In this document: one piece after another, positions 45,798 to 53,417 of the stretch
How the letters are laid out: every line of letters begins with the position of its first letter
Position numbering within the stretch: the first letter of the stretch is position 1
NCBI GenBank assembly: GCA_964566135.1
Contig: CAZMHM010000004.1
Coordinates: forward strand, 12,596 to 76,595
Origin: an uncultured Candidatus Saccharibacteria bacterium
Lineage (GTDB): Bacteria; Patescibacteriota; Saccharimonadia; Saccharimonadales; CAIOMD01
Reading direction: 5' to 3'
DNA length: 64,000 nucleotides
Made by a program: the position numbers and the translations under genes
Notes under the pieces: generated by a model
Database searches by the model: none
Seen by the model: only the letters and a program-made list of their open reading frames with translations
Told to the model about the DNA's origin: nothing

Positions 45798-46811
45798 TTA
45801 TTTTTTGTTGTATAAAATGCGTGTCAAAATTGCCGGTTTTGCGGCTGGCGCAAAGATATCTGCAGCCAATATAACATCGTCCCTGCCAGATGTTCCACAA
45901 ACCAAAGAAATAGTTGCCCCATTTAAGGCAAGAAGCGAACGTTCACCATCGCTAACCCATAACACCTGACGCTCGGATCGCTTAAGGCTTGTCAGCACAC
46001 TGACTGAGTTTGGTTTATCGACATGTATTAAGATTTGGCTGGTTAGCAAATCGCCTTGCTTTGTTTCGGCGTCATACACGAGCGCACCCAGTTCACGAGA
46101 TAATCTAGCAGCACTCGCAGCCTTAACAATAAATTTGCAATCAATATGTCGCGTTAGCTGCACTTTACGGATAATCTCAATCATTTCGTCATCAGAAACT
46201 CGTGCATCAACGACAACAGTATCGATTTTGCGATATTTAGAAAGAACGCGTTTTTCCTGCACGATTACACCAAATCGACGTAGCCGACGCGCAATCACCG
46301 CCCCCTTTATACCTAGCGTGACAGTTCTGGGCTTAGGGCTACTGTATAGTAGGGTTTTATTACCCCTCGCAACAACAATGCCGACTCCACTTCCGCCAGT
46401 GACAAAGCTGCCAGCAAAAGCCATATTCTTTTGCAGTTTCGGTATAGCCTGTTGCTTGATAGTAAATGTATTTTTCTGTGCCGGCAGTGGCTCGCCGGTA
46501 AGTCCATTTTGATTAATAGATAACAAATCTACGCTGATAAGTCTTATGTCAGTAGGCACTCGATTACCCGGTTCTAGCAAAACGATATCCCCCGGTACAA
46601 GCTGACGAAAGTTAATTACTTCTCGTTTGCCTTGGCGCAAAACTCGTACACTGAGAGCTCGTTGCTGTGAGTCTGATAATCGTGGATCAATGTTTGGTCC
46701 AAACTTTGCAAGACGCTTGAGAGCTTCTTGCTGCGACAGGCCCGCCATAGGGTCAACGTCAAAAAAGGCTCGAACTTCGCCTTCGGTTTGCATATACCAT
46801 TTTCTTTCCAC
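45798..46811 (-). CDS. Soluble P-type-ATPase-like protein (N-terminal, actuator and degenerate P-domain segments only)
   Basis: GLSQQEALKRLAKFGPN (Cation_ATPase_N), VPGDIVLLEPGNRVPTDIRLI...LTGEPLP...NMAFAGSFVTGGSGVGIVVARG (A domain with TGE), and VLWVSDGERSLLALNGATISL in place of GDGxNDxPAL. No TM helices and no DKTGT. Confidence 0.7.
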   Translation of the reverse strand: MERKWYMQTEGEVRAFFDVDPMAGLSQQEALKRLAKFGPNIDPRLSDSQQRALSVRVLRQGKREVINFRQLVPGDIVLLEPGNRVPTDIRLISVDLLSINQNGLTGEPLPAQKNTFTIKQQAIPKLQKNMAFAGSFVTGGSGVGIVVARGNKTLLYSSPKPRTVTLGIKGAVIARRLRRFGVIVQEKRVLSKYRKIDTVVVDARVSDDEMIEIIRKVQLTRHIDCKFIVKAASAARLSRELGALVYDAETKQGDLLTSQILIHVDKPNSVSVLTSLKRSERQVLWVSDGERSLLALNGATISLVCGTSGRDDVILAADIFAPAAKPAILTRILYNKK

Positions 46812-46899
46812 TAATGACCCCTTGCTTGCCTCTTGTTTATTGCGGTAGTGCTTATACCAATGATATAGTTTTTAGTAAAAGAGGGCAAAACGAAAAGTC

Positions 46900-47154
46900 A
46901 TGGGCACCGCAAACTTCGCAATCGCGAACAGTATTATTACAGACTTAAGCTATCGTGCCGTTGTTGGTGCGACAGTTGTATTATTCTTTTTGTTTTTACT
47001 TACTGTTCTGCTTCGACATAACGCGTATGTTAAGCAAATAGTTTTTTTACTCGTAGTAGCTACGGTGTTATTCGCAAGTACAATTTTGTTTACTACCGCT
47101 GTTGTCCACATGCAAGATACTGCGTTTCTACTAATTAGGACCATTGCGGCATGA
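46900..47154 (+). CDS. Small two-TM membrane protein
   Basis: Hydrophobic 84-aa ORF. ATGA coupling to the next gene. Confidence 0.5.
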   Translation: MGTANFAIANSIITDLSYRAVVGATVVLFFLFLLTVLLRHNAYVKQIVFLLVVATVLFASTILFTTAVVHMQDTAFLLIRTIAA

Positions 47155-47849
47155 CAAATACAAACCTTGTGGTTCTCACGCTTGTAGCAGGGTTATTGCT
47201 ATCCCTCAACCCGGTAAGCATGTCTATCTTCGTAGCACTGCTGGCAGGTTCTATCGGTAAAGGACATGACAAGCTGCGAACAAGCAGTACAGCGGTAATA
47301 TACCTTCTAAGTTTGTTCGCATTATATGCATTATCAGGCACCCTGCTCGTCATCGGATTTAACCTTGTCGAGCTACATTCTATTCAAAGCCTAAGTATTG
47401 CGATTGCAATTACTAGTATCATTTGGGGTCTTATGAATATCAAAGACTTCTATTGGTACGGGCCCAGAGACGATGCTCCAAAAGCAGTTATCCGCACCTT
47501 GCATTCGCGAACAGTAAAAAAGAATAGCCCTGCAAGCGCTATACTATTAGCCCTTACAGCCGCATATGCAACCTTGCCGAGCGTTGGCGTTCCTCTGCTA
47601 GCATATTCTGCAATTATTGCGCTGGTTCGTCCTGGCCTACTTAATTGGCCCGTACTTTTTGCACTTATGCTTATGGTTCCGCTTGTTGTTATTGGAGCAC
47701 TCGCGAGTACGGGCCTTAAATTAAGCGCCGTCATCAAATGGAAAGAAGATAGTAAGGCAATTTTTCGGCTATGCATGGGTCTAACCATGATTGTGCTAGG
47801 GTGGTTGCTGTTTTTACTTGTTAACGGGACACTGGAAGTAACACTATGA
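47151..47849 (+). CDS. Polytopic membrane protein, distantly CcdA/DsbD-like but without the conserved cysteines
   Basis: GLLLSLNPVSMSIFVALL resembles the CcdA N-terminal GLLSFLSPC block with Cys replaced. Six predicted TM helices. The family call is weak. Confidence 0.6.
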   Translation: MTNTNLVVLTLVAGLLLSLNPVSMSIFVALLAGSIGKGHDKLRTSSTAVIYLLSLFALYALSGTLLVIGFNLVELHSIQSLSIAIAITSIIWGLMNIKDFYWYGPRDDAPKAVIRTLHSRTVKKNSPASAILLALTAAYATLPSVGVPLLAYSAIIALVRPGLLNWPVLFALMLMVPLVVIGALASTGLKLSAVIKWKEDSKAIFRLCMGLTMIVLGWLLFLLVNGTLEVTL

Positions 47850-48115
47850 AACACATAGTTAAACGCAGAGGTGTTATAGAGACCTTTGATAACCGTAAAG
47901 TATATGCAAGTGTCTATGCATCATGCCTGAGCGTGCATGAGCCAAATGAAGCCGCCGAGCTGATTGCCGAAAAAGTCACGAAAGATGTCGAGGCATGGCT
48001 CAAGCCCAAAAGTGAAGTTACCTCGCACGATATCAGAACAGTTACCGGTAAATATCTGCAAGAAATTAATCCACATGCTGGCTACTTGTACCTGCATCAT
48101 CGTATAATGTGGTAG
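47846..48115 (+). CDS. Stand-alone ATP-cone domain protein (89 aa)
   Basis: IVKRRGVIETFDNRKVYASVYASCL...TSHDIRTVTGKYL matches the ATP-cone pattern. ATGA overlap with the upstream gene. Confidence 0.75.
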   Translation: MKHIVKRRGVIETFDNRKVYASVYASCLSVHEPNEAAELIAEKVTKDVEAWLKPKSEVTSHDIRTVTGKYLQEINPHAGYLYLHHRIMW

Positions 48116-48125
48116 GAAAACGTTT

Positions 48126-49517
48126 ATGTTTAAAACAAAATACCGCAAACCAATCTCATACGATTTTGACCTCATAGTTATCGGCAGTGGCGCCGGCGGT
48201 GGCATTGCCGCACATTTAGCAGCAGCCGAGGGCAAAAAAGTTGGCATTATTGAAGCGAGCGCCATTGGTGGTAGTTGCCCTAATTTCAACTGCATACCCA
48301 CAAAAGCGCTACTGAAAGCTGCTGAAACATTAGAAACAGTGCAAAGTGCCAACCAATTTGGCATTCGCGCTAATGCTGTTAGTTATAATTTTCGCTCAAT
48401 CCAGGCATGGCGTGAAAAAGCAGTTACGGCGACTGGCGTGCATAGCGAGTTAACGGCGTTTAAGTCGGAAAATATTACCCTTATTAAAGGACATGCCCAT
48501 TTTGTTAACCCGTGGACGGTGAGCGTTGGCTTACGCCGATATACTGCGCATCAATTTCTCGTTGCAACTGGTAGCTCAGCCTTTATCCCAGACATTACGG
48601 GCCTCAAGGAAGCAGGATATATTACGTCCAAAGAAGCGGGCCAGCTCGTTAAATTGCCCAAGAGCATCTTTATCATTGGTGGTGGCGCAACCGCATACGA
48701 ATACGCTCAGATTTTCAGCGCTTTTGGCACCAGGGTTCACGTTGCAGAAAGTGGTTTACATCTACTGCCTAAAGAAGATCCTGAGGTAGGCGACGCTGCA
48801 GCGGCAGCGCTTGAAGCGCGAGGCGTACGTGTGCACAGTGCGACCCGAGTTGTACATATAGGTGGCGGCAAGGGGCGCAAAGTTATTACCTTTGAGCAAC
48901 ATGGCCAGGAACATAAAATAGCAGTTGAAGAAATCATGGTTGCATCTGGCAAAACTCCCAATGTGGACATCGGCCTCGAAAACGCCGGCGTACACGCGAG
49001 TGAAGATGGAGTACGAGTAAATAAGCGGATGCGCACCAATAAAAAACATATTTTTGCAGCCGGTGACGTTGTTGGTAAATACTTAACAACACACGCGGGT
49101 ATGCAAGAAGGTCGCATAGCCGTGCATAACATGTACCACCGCAAACAGGTAGATATGGATTACGCTGCTATCCCTCGAGTATTTTACGGAAAGCCAGAAG
49201 TCGCCGTCGTTGGCAAAACCGAACACGAACTTAAGCTAACTGGTGAACTGTACCAAACCTCTATCGCGCCAATTGGCATATTGGGTCGCGCTATAACAAG
49301 TAATTACACTGCGGGCTTTGTCAAAATAACGGCAACTGCCAGCGGTATCGTAGTGGGCGCAAGCATCGTTGCACCCCATGCAAGCGAGATGATTAGCGAG
49401 CTTTCTTTAGCCGTAAACAATCATTTGCACGCTTGTGATATTGCCAATACAATCCATCCTTTTCCAACCTGGGGCGAGGCAATCCGCGTCGCCGCCGGCA
49501 ACATTAAGTGTATCTAA
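48126..49517 (+). CDS. Class I pyridine-nucleotide disulfide oxidoreductase (dihydrolipoamide dehydrogenase/glutathione/mercuric reductase family)
   Basis: GSGAGG FAD site, redox-active CPNFNCIPTK, GGGATAYE NAD(P) site and the C-terminal dimerisation motif HPFPTWGE. Confidence 0.9.
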   Translation: MFKTKYRKPISYDFDLIVIGSGAGGGIAAHLAAAEGKKVGIIEASAIGGSCPNFNCIPTKALLKAAETLETVQSANQFGIRANAVSYNFRSIQAWREKAVTATGVHSELTAFKSENITLIKGHAHFVNPWTVSVGLRRYTAHQFLVATGSSAFIPDITGLKEAGYITSKEAGQLVKLPKSIFIIGGGATAYEYAQIFSAFGTRVHVAESGLHLLPKEDPEVGDAAAAALEARGVRVHSATRVVHIGGGKGRKVITFEQHGQEHKIAVEEIMVASGKTPNVDIGLENAGVHASEDGVRVNKRMRTNKKHIFAAGDVVGKYLTTHAGMQEGRIAVHNMYHRKQVDMDYAAIPRVFYGKPEVAVVGKTEHELKLTGELYQTSIAPIGILGRAITSNYTAGFVKITATASGIVVGASIVAPHASEMISELSLAVNNHLHACDIANTIHPFPTWGEAIRVAAGNIKCI

Positions 49518-49678
49518 GCCTCTACCTCTGATAATTACCCCTGTACAGTTTGCGGTTTCTATGGTTAACTGTGCATAGCAAGGTTTTGTCTCCTCTTATG
49601 ACCTATCAGATCTTAAGGCGCAAGGACAGACAGGGTCGTACTTGCGGTTAGTTAAGAAGATAAGGTAATTACAGTACA

Positions 49679-50026
49679 ATGGCATATAAGTTATTTGTTG
49701 GTAGCCTAGCATGGGCAACCGACGACGATAGCCTACAAGCAGCATTTGCACCATTTGGCACCGTTGTGAGCGCAACTGTCGTGAAAGATCGCGATAGTGG
49801 CCGTAGCAAGGGATTTGGCTTTGTGGAATTTGCAGATGACGCTGAAGGCAAAGCTGCTGAAGCTGCTATGAATGGCAAGGACCTCGATGGTCGTGAAATC
49901 GTTGTAAACGAAGCACGTCCACGCGAAGAACGTCCACGTCGTGATTTTGGCGGCAACGGCGGTGGTGGCGGTGGTGGATACCGCGGCGGCGACGACCGTG
50001 GTTCATTCCGCAAAAAGAGCTGGTAA
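49679..50026 (+). CDS. RRM-type RNA-binding protein with Gly/Arg-rich tail
   Basis: RNP2 KLFVGSL, RNP1 KGFGFVEF and a GGNGGGGGGGYRGG tail. Confidence 0.92.
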   Translation: MAYKLFVGSLAWATDDDSLQAAFAPFGTVVSATVVKDRDSGRSKGFGFVEFADDAEGKAAEAAMNGKDLDGREIVVNEARPREERPRRDFGGNGGGGGGGYRGGDDRGSFRKKSW

Positions 50027-50046
50027 TTTTTTACTAGTTCTCACAT

Positions 50047-50076
50047 TAAAAAAGACTCCTCAGGGAGTCTTTTTTA
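50047..50076. terminator. Bidirectional rho-independent terminator
   Basis: AAAAAA-GACTCC-TCAG-GGAGTC-TTTTTT. Confidence 0.8.
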
Positions 50077-50077
50077 A

Positions 50078-50120
50078 TTGGTGGGGGTGCCTGGACTTGA
50101 ACCAGGGACCAATCGGTTAT
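50078..50120 (-). repeat. 43-nt exact copy of the 3' part of tRNA-Ile2 (identical to 50293..50335)
   Basis: TTGGTGGGGGTGCCTGGACTTGAACCAGGGACCAATCGGTTAT occurs twice. It covers tRNA position 35 through CCA plus one flanking nt. Confidence 0.9.
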
Positions 50121-50260
50121 ATAGCTTCGCGCAGCGAAAACAAGATACTTTTGGAGGTATGTTTTCTCTGGCTTGGCATATATTTGGCATCAGCCAAATA
50201 GGTAGCCTCCTGCAGTCGGCTCAAACCCATCGTCCCTACTCATCCAAGAACTCTAACAAC

Positions 50261-50286
50261 CAAAAAACCCTACGCAAGGTAGGGCT
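50261..50286 (-). terminator. Rho-independent terminator after tRNA-Ile2
   Basis: Reverse strand: CCCTAC-CTTGC-GTAGGG followed by TTTTTTG. Confidence 0.7.
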
Positions 50287-50293
50287 TGTTGGT

Positions 50294-50369
50294 TGGTGGG
50301 GGTGCCTGGACTTGAACCAGGGACCAATCGGTTATGAGCCGACTGCTCTAACCACTGAGCTACACCCCC
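50294..50369 (-). tRNA. tRNA with CAU anticodon, tRNA-Ile2 (lysidine) type, CCA encoded
   Basis: GGGGGTGTAGCTCAGTGGTTAGAGCAGTCGGCTCATAACCGATTGGTCCCTGGTTCAAGTCCAGGCACCCCCACCA is a perfect cloverleaf. The D arm, variable loop TGGTC and T loop TTCAAGT resemble my memory of E. coli ileX. Met versus Ile2 cannot be settled by eye. Confidence 0.8.
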
Positions 50370-50438
50370 GTGATTACCAAACAGATTATACCGTAAAACT
50401 AACTACTTTTTACAGATGTTATATAATAAACGTAGCGT

Positions 50439-50888
50439 ATGTTCCAAAAAATAAAAAACAATACCTACATTAAAACTGCTTTTGACACCAAAAATCTGGG
50501 GTTATATGCGGTTTTTATCATTGCCCTATCCGTTACCTGGAGCAGTATTAAGATTATCCAAAAAAATTACGAGCTAGAAAAACAAATTGGACAGCTTCAG
50601 CAAGAAGTTACTATCCAAGATCAAACTAATAAAAATCAGAAGCTTAAAAACGAATATTATAAAACTGACGCATATTTAGATTTGGCAGCCCGTAAGTATT
50701 TTGGCAAAGCGTTACCAGGCGAAAAACTTATATTAGTCCCTGCTGATACATCACAGAAATACATTCATCAAGAAGCCGAGCCAGTAGCAGTTGTAAAGCC
50801 GCCGCGCACCGCACCAAAATTTGTGCAAAATTGGCAAGACTGGATAAACTTCTTTTTACACCGCGAATCCGACACTACTAATTCTTGA
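50439..50888 (+). CDS. Septum formation initiator (FtsB/DivIC-like)
   Basis: N-terminal TM helix, a coiled coil (YELEKQIGQLQQEV) and the conserved AARKYFGKALPGEKLILVP block. Confidence 0.75.
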   Translation: MFQKIKNNTYIKTAFDTKNLGLYAVFIIALSVTWSSIKIIQKNYELEKQIGQLQQEVTIQDQTNKNQKLKNEYYKTDAYLDLAARKYFGKALPGEKLILVPADTSQKYIHQEAEPVAVVKPPRTAPKFVQNWQDWINFFLHRESDTTNS

Positions 50889-50927
50889 CTAACAGATGAA
50901 AAAAGCGTATGATAACGGCTGGTTTAT

Positions 50928-51002
50928 TGCGGGGTAGAGCAGTGGCAGCTCGTGTGGCTCATAACCACAAGGTCGCAGGTTCGAGTCCTGCCCCCGCGAC
51001 CA
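50928..51002 (+). tRNA. tRNA with CAU anticodon, initiator tRNA-fMet type, CCA encoded
   Basis: TGCGGGGTAGAGCAGTGGCAGCTCGTGTGGCTCATAACCACAAGGTCGCAGGTTCGAGTCCTGCCCCCGCGACCA aligns block by block with my memory of E. coli initiator tRNA. The 1:72 pair is weak (U.G). The anticodon stem has only 2 of the 3 hallmark G:C pairs. Confidence 0.8.
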
Positions 51003-51009
51003 AGCTAAA

Positions 51010-51035
51010 TACCCCACTTTTTGTGGGGTTTTTTG
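51010..51035 (+). terminator. Rho-independent terminator after tRNA-fMet
   Basis: CCCCAC-TTTTT-GTGGGG followed by TTTTTT. Confidence 0.8.
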
Positions 51036-51090
51036 CTTGTTTGACAACCGTATATATACGCTTATGCTTTATAATTACTGGTGAAGAATT

Positions 51091-51390
51091 ATGAATACCA
51101 ATACAGCAAAACAAAAAGGTTACATCACATTACTTGCAGGAGTGATTATTTTTTTGGTGTTGCTGGGGCTCATTACGTTTCGCGTTTTCGTAGGAAATAA
51201 TCGCGTAAACAAGCCCGTACCAACAACCCAGAAGCCAGCGCCTGCAAGTCAGAATCAGCAATCGACAAATGAAAATCAGTCAACAACGGCACCGTCACCG
51301 TCAGTTGCATCTCCACCCCAAACGCAAGGAGCTGGCCAGCGGACGACTGTTACGCAACCTCGTAATGCACAACCAGAGGACGACGATTAA
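51091..51390 (+). CDS. Small membrane-anchored protein with disordered Gln/Pro/Ser/Thr-rich tail
   Basis: TM helix ITLLAGVIIFLVLLGLITF followed by a low-complexity region. Confidence 0.55.
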   Translation: MNTNTAKQKGYITLLAGVIIFLVLLGLITFRVFVGNNRVNKPVPTTQKPAPASQNQQSTNENQSTTAPSPSVASPPQTQGAGQRTTVTQPRNAQPEDDD

Positions 51391-51417
51391 AAACCGCCTT
51401 ACAAAAGGCGGTTTTTA
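51389..51417. terminator. Bidirectional rho-independent terminator
   Basis: AAAA-ACCGCCTT-ACAA-AAGGCGGT-TTTT, lying between convergent genes. Confidence 0.8.
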
Positions 51418-51436
51418 TAATACAGCGTACGCTAGA

Positions 51437-51997
51437 TTAGCCGCGTAAAACTTTAGTAGCGTCTGCCCACTTAACAAGTTCTGCAATCTGGCCGGTTGGA
51501 TCTCCACCTTTAACCGCATCAGTATCGACATCACCTGCTTCGCTAACAGTTGCCCATGGCTCGTTAACCCATACGCGTTCGCGCAAAGGTACCATGCTTA
51601 GCTCGGATGCGACAGAAACAAGATGCTCAATAGCACGTGCCGCGCCTACAGTACCGTAGCCTACAAATGCGACCGGCTTGTACGCCCACTCTGCCTTTAA
51701 GTAGCTAATTGCATTTAATAGCGCTGGGCTTGGTGCGTGATTATATTCTGGCGTAACAAATACGTAGCCATCAGCTTTACCAATAATTTCTGCCCACTTT
51801 TTGGTGTGGTCATTAGCATACTGACCGTACATAGCTGGCATAGCTTCATCCAAAAGTGGAAGATTAACATCTGCTAGATCAACGACTTCAATAGTGGTGC
51901 CAGCTGGAAGCTCTAAGCCGCCAACATACCAATCCGCAATCTTTCGGCCAACGCGACCTGGGCGAGTGCTACCAACAATAACTTGAATATGTGCCAT
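51437..51997 (-). CDS. NAD(P)H-dependent FMN reductase family (flavodoxin-like fold)
   Basis: VIVGSTRPGRVGRKIADW and FVTPEYNHAPSPALLNAI motifs. Confidence 0.85.
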   Translation of the reverse strand: MAHIQVIVGSTRPGRVGRKIADWYVGGLELPAGTTIEVVDLADVNLPLLDEAMPAMYGQYANDHTKKWAEIIGKADGYVFVTPEYNHAPSPALLNAISYLKAEWAYKPVAFVGYGTVGAARAIEHLVSVASELSMVPLRERVWVNEPWATVSEAGDVDTDAVKGGDPTGQIAELVKWADATKVLRG

Positions 51998-52025
51998 TTG
52001 TGTAACTCCTAATTATGTTATTTAA

Positions 52026-52077
52026 TAACTATACTTTATATAGTTACTTACTACACTTAGTATAGTCACTAACTATA
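52026..52077. promoter_or_regulatory. Two related palindromes in the divergent promoter region (candidate HxlR-family operators)
   Basis: TAACTATA-CTTTA-TATAGTTA (52026..52046) and TATAGT-CACTA-ACTATA (52061..52077). Confidence 0.4.
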
Positions 52078-52117
52078 TTTTGTAAAGTCATTATTTTGTT
52101 GTAAAATAGTAGCAATT

Positions 52118-52444
52118 ATGGCAACCGTAGCTTCAACCAGCGTAAAAACCGAATGCATCACCCATGCACTTTCTATTTTGGGAGATAAATGGACCCCTCT
52201 TTTGGTACGCGAAATGACTCGTTGCCCGCAAACTTTTAGCGATTTAGAAACCGCCGTACAAGGCATTAGCCCGCGTACGCTTAGCCAACGCCTTAGTAAA
52301 CTTGTTGATGACGGAATTGTAGTTAAGAATATCTATTGCCAACATCCACCCCGCTATAACTACTCGCTCACAGCTAAAGGCGCCGATTTACAGCAAATCT
52401 TAAATGATATGGCTGCCTGGGGTAGCAAGTACGCTACAAACTAG
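52118..52444 (+). CDS. HxlR-family (MarR-like wHTH) transcriptional regulator
   Basis: CITHALSILGDKWTPLLVREM...FSDLETAVQGISPRTLSQRLSKLVDDGIV is the classic HxlR pattern. Confidence 0.9.
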   Translation: MATVASTSVKTECITHALSILGDKWTPLLVREMTRCPQTFSDLETAVQGISPRTLSQRLSKLVDDGIVVKNIYCQHPPRYNYSLTAKGADLQQILNDMAAWGSKYATN

Positions 52445-53402
52445 CAATTTTTTCGTCGAGAACTGCAAGCATCTGCACCACTGTTTCGCTTCGCATTAAC
52501 GTATCGCGAAATATGCTGGCGTTTTCTATGCCATGTACGTAAATTTTTGCCATACGCTTAAGGCTTTGCCAGTTGCGGCTACGTTCTTCGGGAGGATAGG
52601 TCGAAATAAACAACTCTATGTGTTTTTTATACATCTGAAGTTTTTCTTTTTGAGATGTCGTTGCCCATACTGAATTCGGGCTAAAGATATATGGGTCAGT
52701 AAAGATTCCGCGCCCAATCATAATTCCGTCGAGTTTGTGCTCTTCAGCAAGCTGTATGCCGTGCTCGTAGCTCATTACATCGCCGTTACCAACGATAAGG
52801 GTGTTTGGGGCGATCGTATCACGTAATGCGCGTATATGGCCTATGTCTTCCCAACGCGCTGGAACTTTACTCATTTCTTTTGTGGTGCGGCCATGAACGG
52901 TCAGCATATCGATACCTTGCTGTAATATCAGTTCGTGCCACGTAAAGTCTACTTCATTAAAGCCGGTGCGCAGTTTAACACTAACTGGCACAAGACCATT
53001 CACCCCGCGCTTAACTGCGGCAATAATTTCCACTGCCAGGTCGCGATTGTTGATAAGCGCCGAGCAACAGCCGCTGCGAACTACCGATTTATCAGGACAC
53101 CCCATATTAATATCGACACCAGCAAAGCCCATATCAACTAGTTCTGCTGCGACAGATTCGTAATGAGCGGGTGTTTTACCCCAGATTTGAGCAATTAAGG
53201 GTTGTTCTTTTGGCGTGAAATCAAATTTACGTATTAGGCGTTTGCGGCCACGACTCTGCAAACCATCAACATTTACAAATTCCGTAAAGAATATGTCGGG
53301 TGGAGCGCAATCGGCAACAACCTGGCGTAACACCGTGTCGGTGACATCATCCATGGGTGCAAGCACAAAAAAAGGCCTTGGTAGGCGCTTAAATAACTCC
53401 AT
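52434..53402 (-). CDS. tRNA-dihydrouridine synthase (Dus family)
   Basis: LAPMDDVTD, DINMGCP and VSVKLR motifs. Confidence 0.9.
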   Translation of the reverse strand: MELFKRLPRPFFVLAPMDDVTDTVLRQVVADCAPPDIFFTEFVNVDGLQSRGRKRLIRKFDFTPKEQPLIAQIWGKTPAHYESVAAELVDMGFAGVDINMGCPDKSVVRSGCCSALINNRDLAVEIIAAVKRGVNGLVPVSVKLRTGFNEVDFTWHELILQQGIDMLTVHGRTTKEMSKVPARWEDIGHIRALRDTIAPNTLIVGNGDVMSYEHGIQLAEEHKLDGIMIGRGIFTDPYIFSPNSVWATTSQKEKLQMYKKHIELFISTYPPEERSRNWQSLKRMAKIYVHGIENASIFRDTLMRSETVVQMLAVLDEKIASL

Positions 53403-53417
53403 TTGAAAAATTATACC

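Noticed and set aside
49669-50013. 114-aa Pro-rich - strand ORF
   Set aside because: It is antisense to the RRM protein and mirrors its Gly-rich tail.
50121-50292. tRNA intron (group I or similar) splitting a second tRNA-Ile2 gene
   Set aside because: No 5' half of the tRNA (GGGGGTG...) exists upstream of the spacer. The spacer is too short and lacks group I core motifs that I can recognise.
50078-50369. Integrated prophage or genomic island at tRNA-Ile2
   Set aside because: Only 172 bp separate the att-like repeats, and no integrase or phage gene occurs anywhere in the window. At most this is a scar.
50078-50473. 131-aa + strand ORF (and 49941..50201)
   Set aside because: It runs through the tRNA-Ile2 gene, its partial copy and two terminators.
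50909-51094. 61-aa + strand ORF
   Set aside because: It overlaps the initiator-type tRNA and its terminator.
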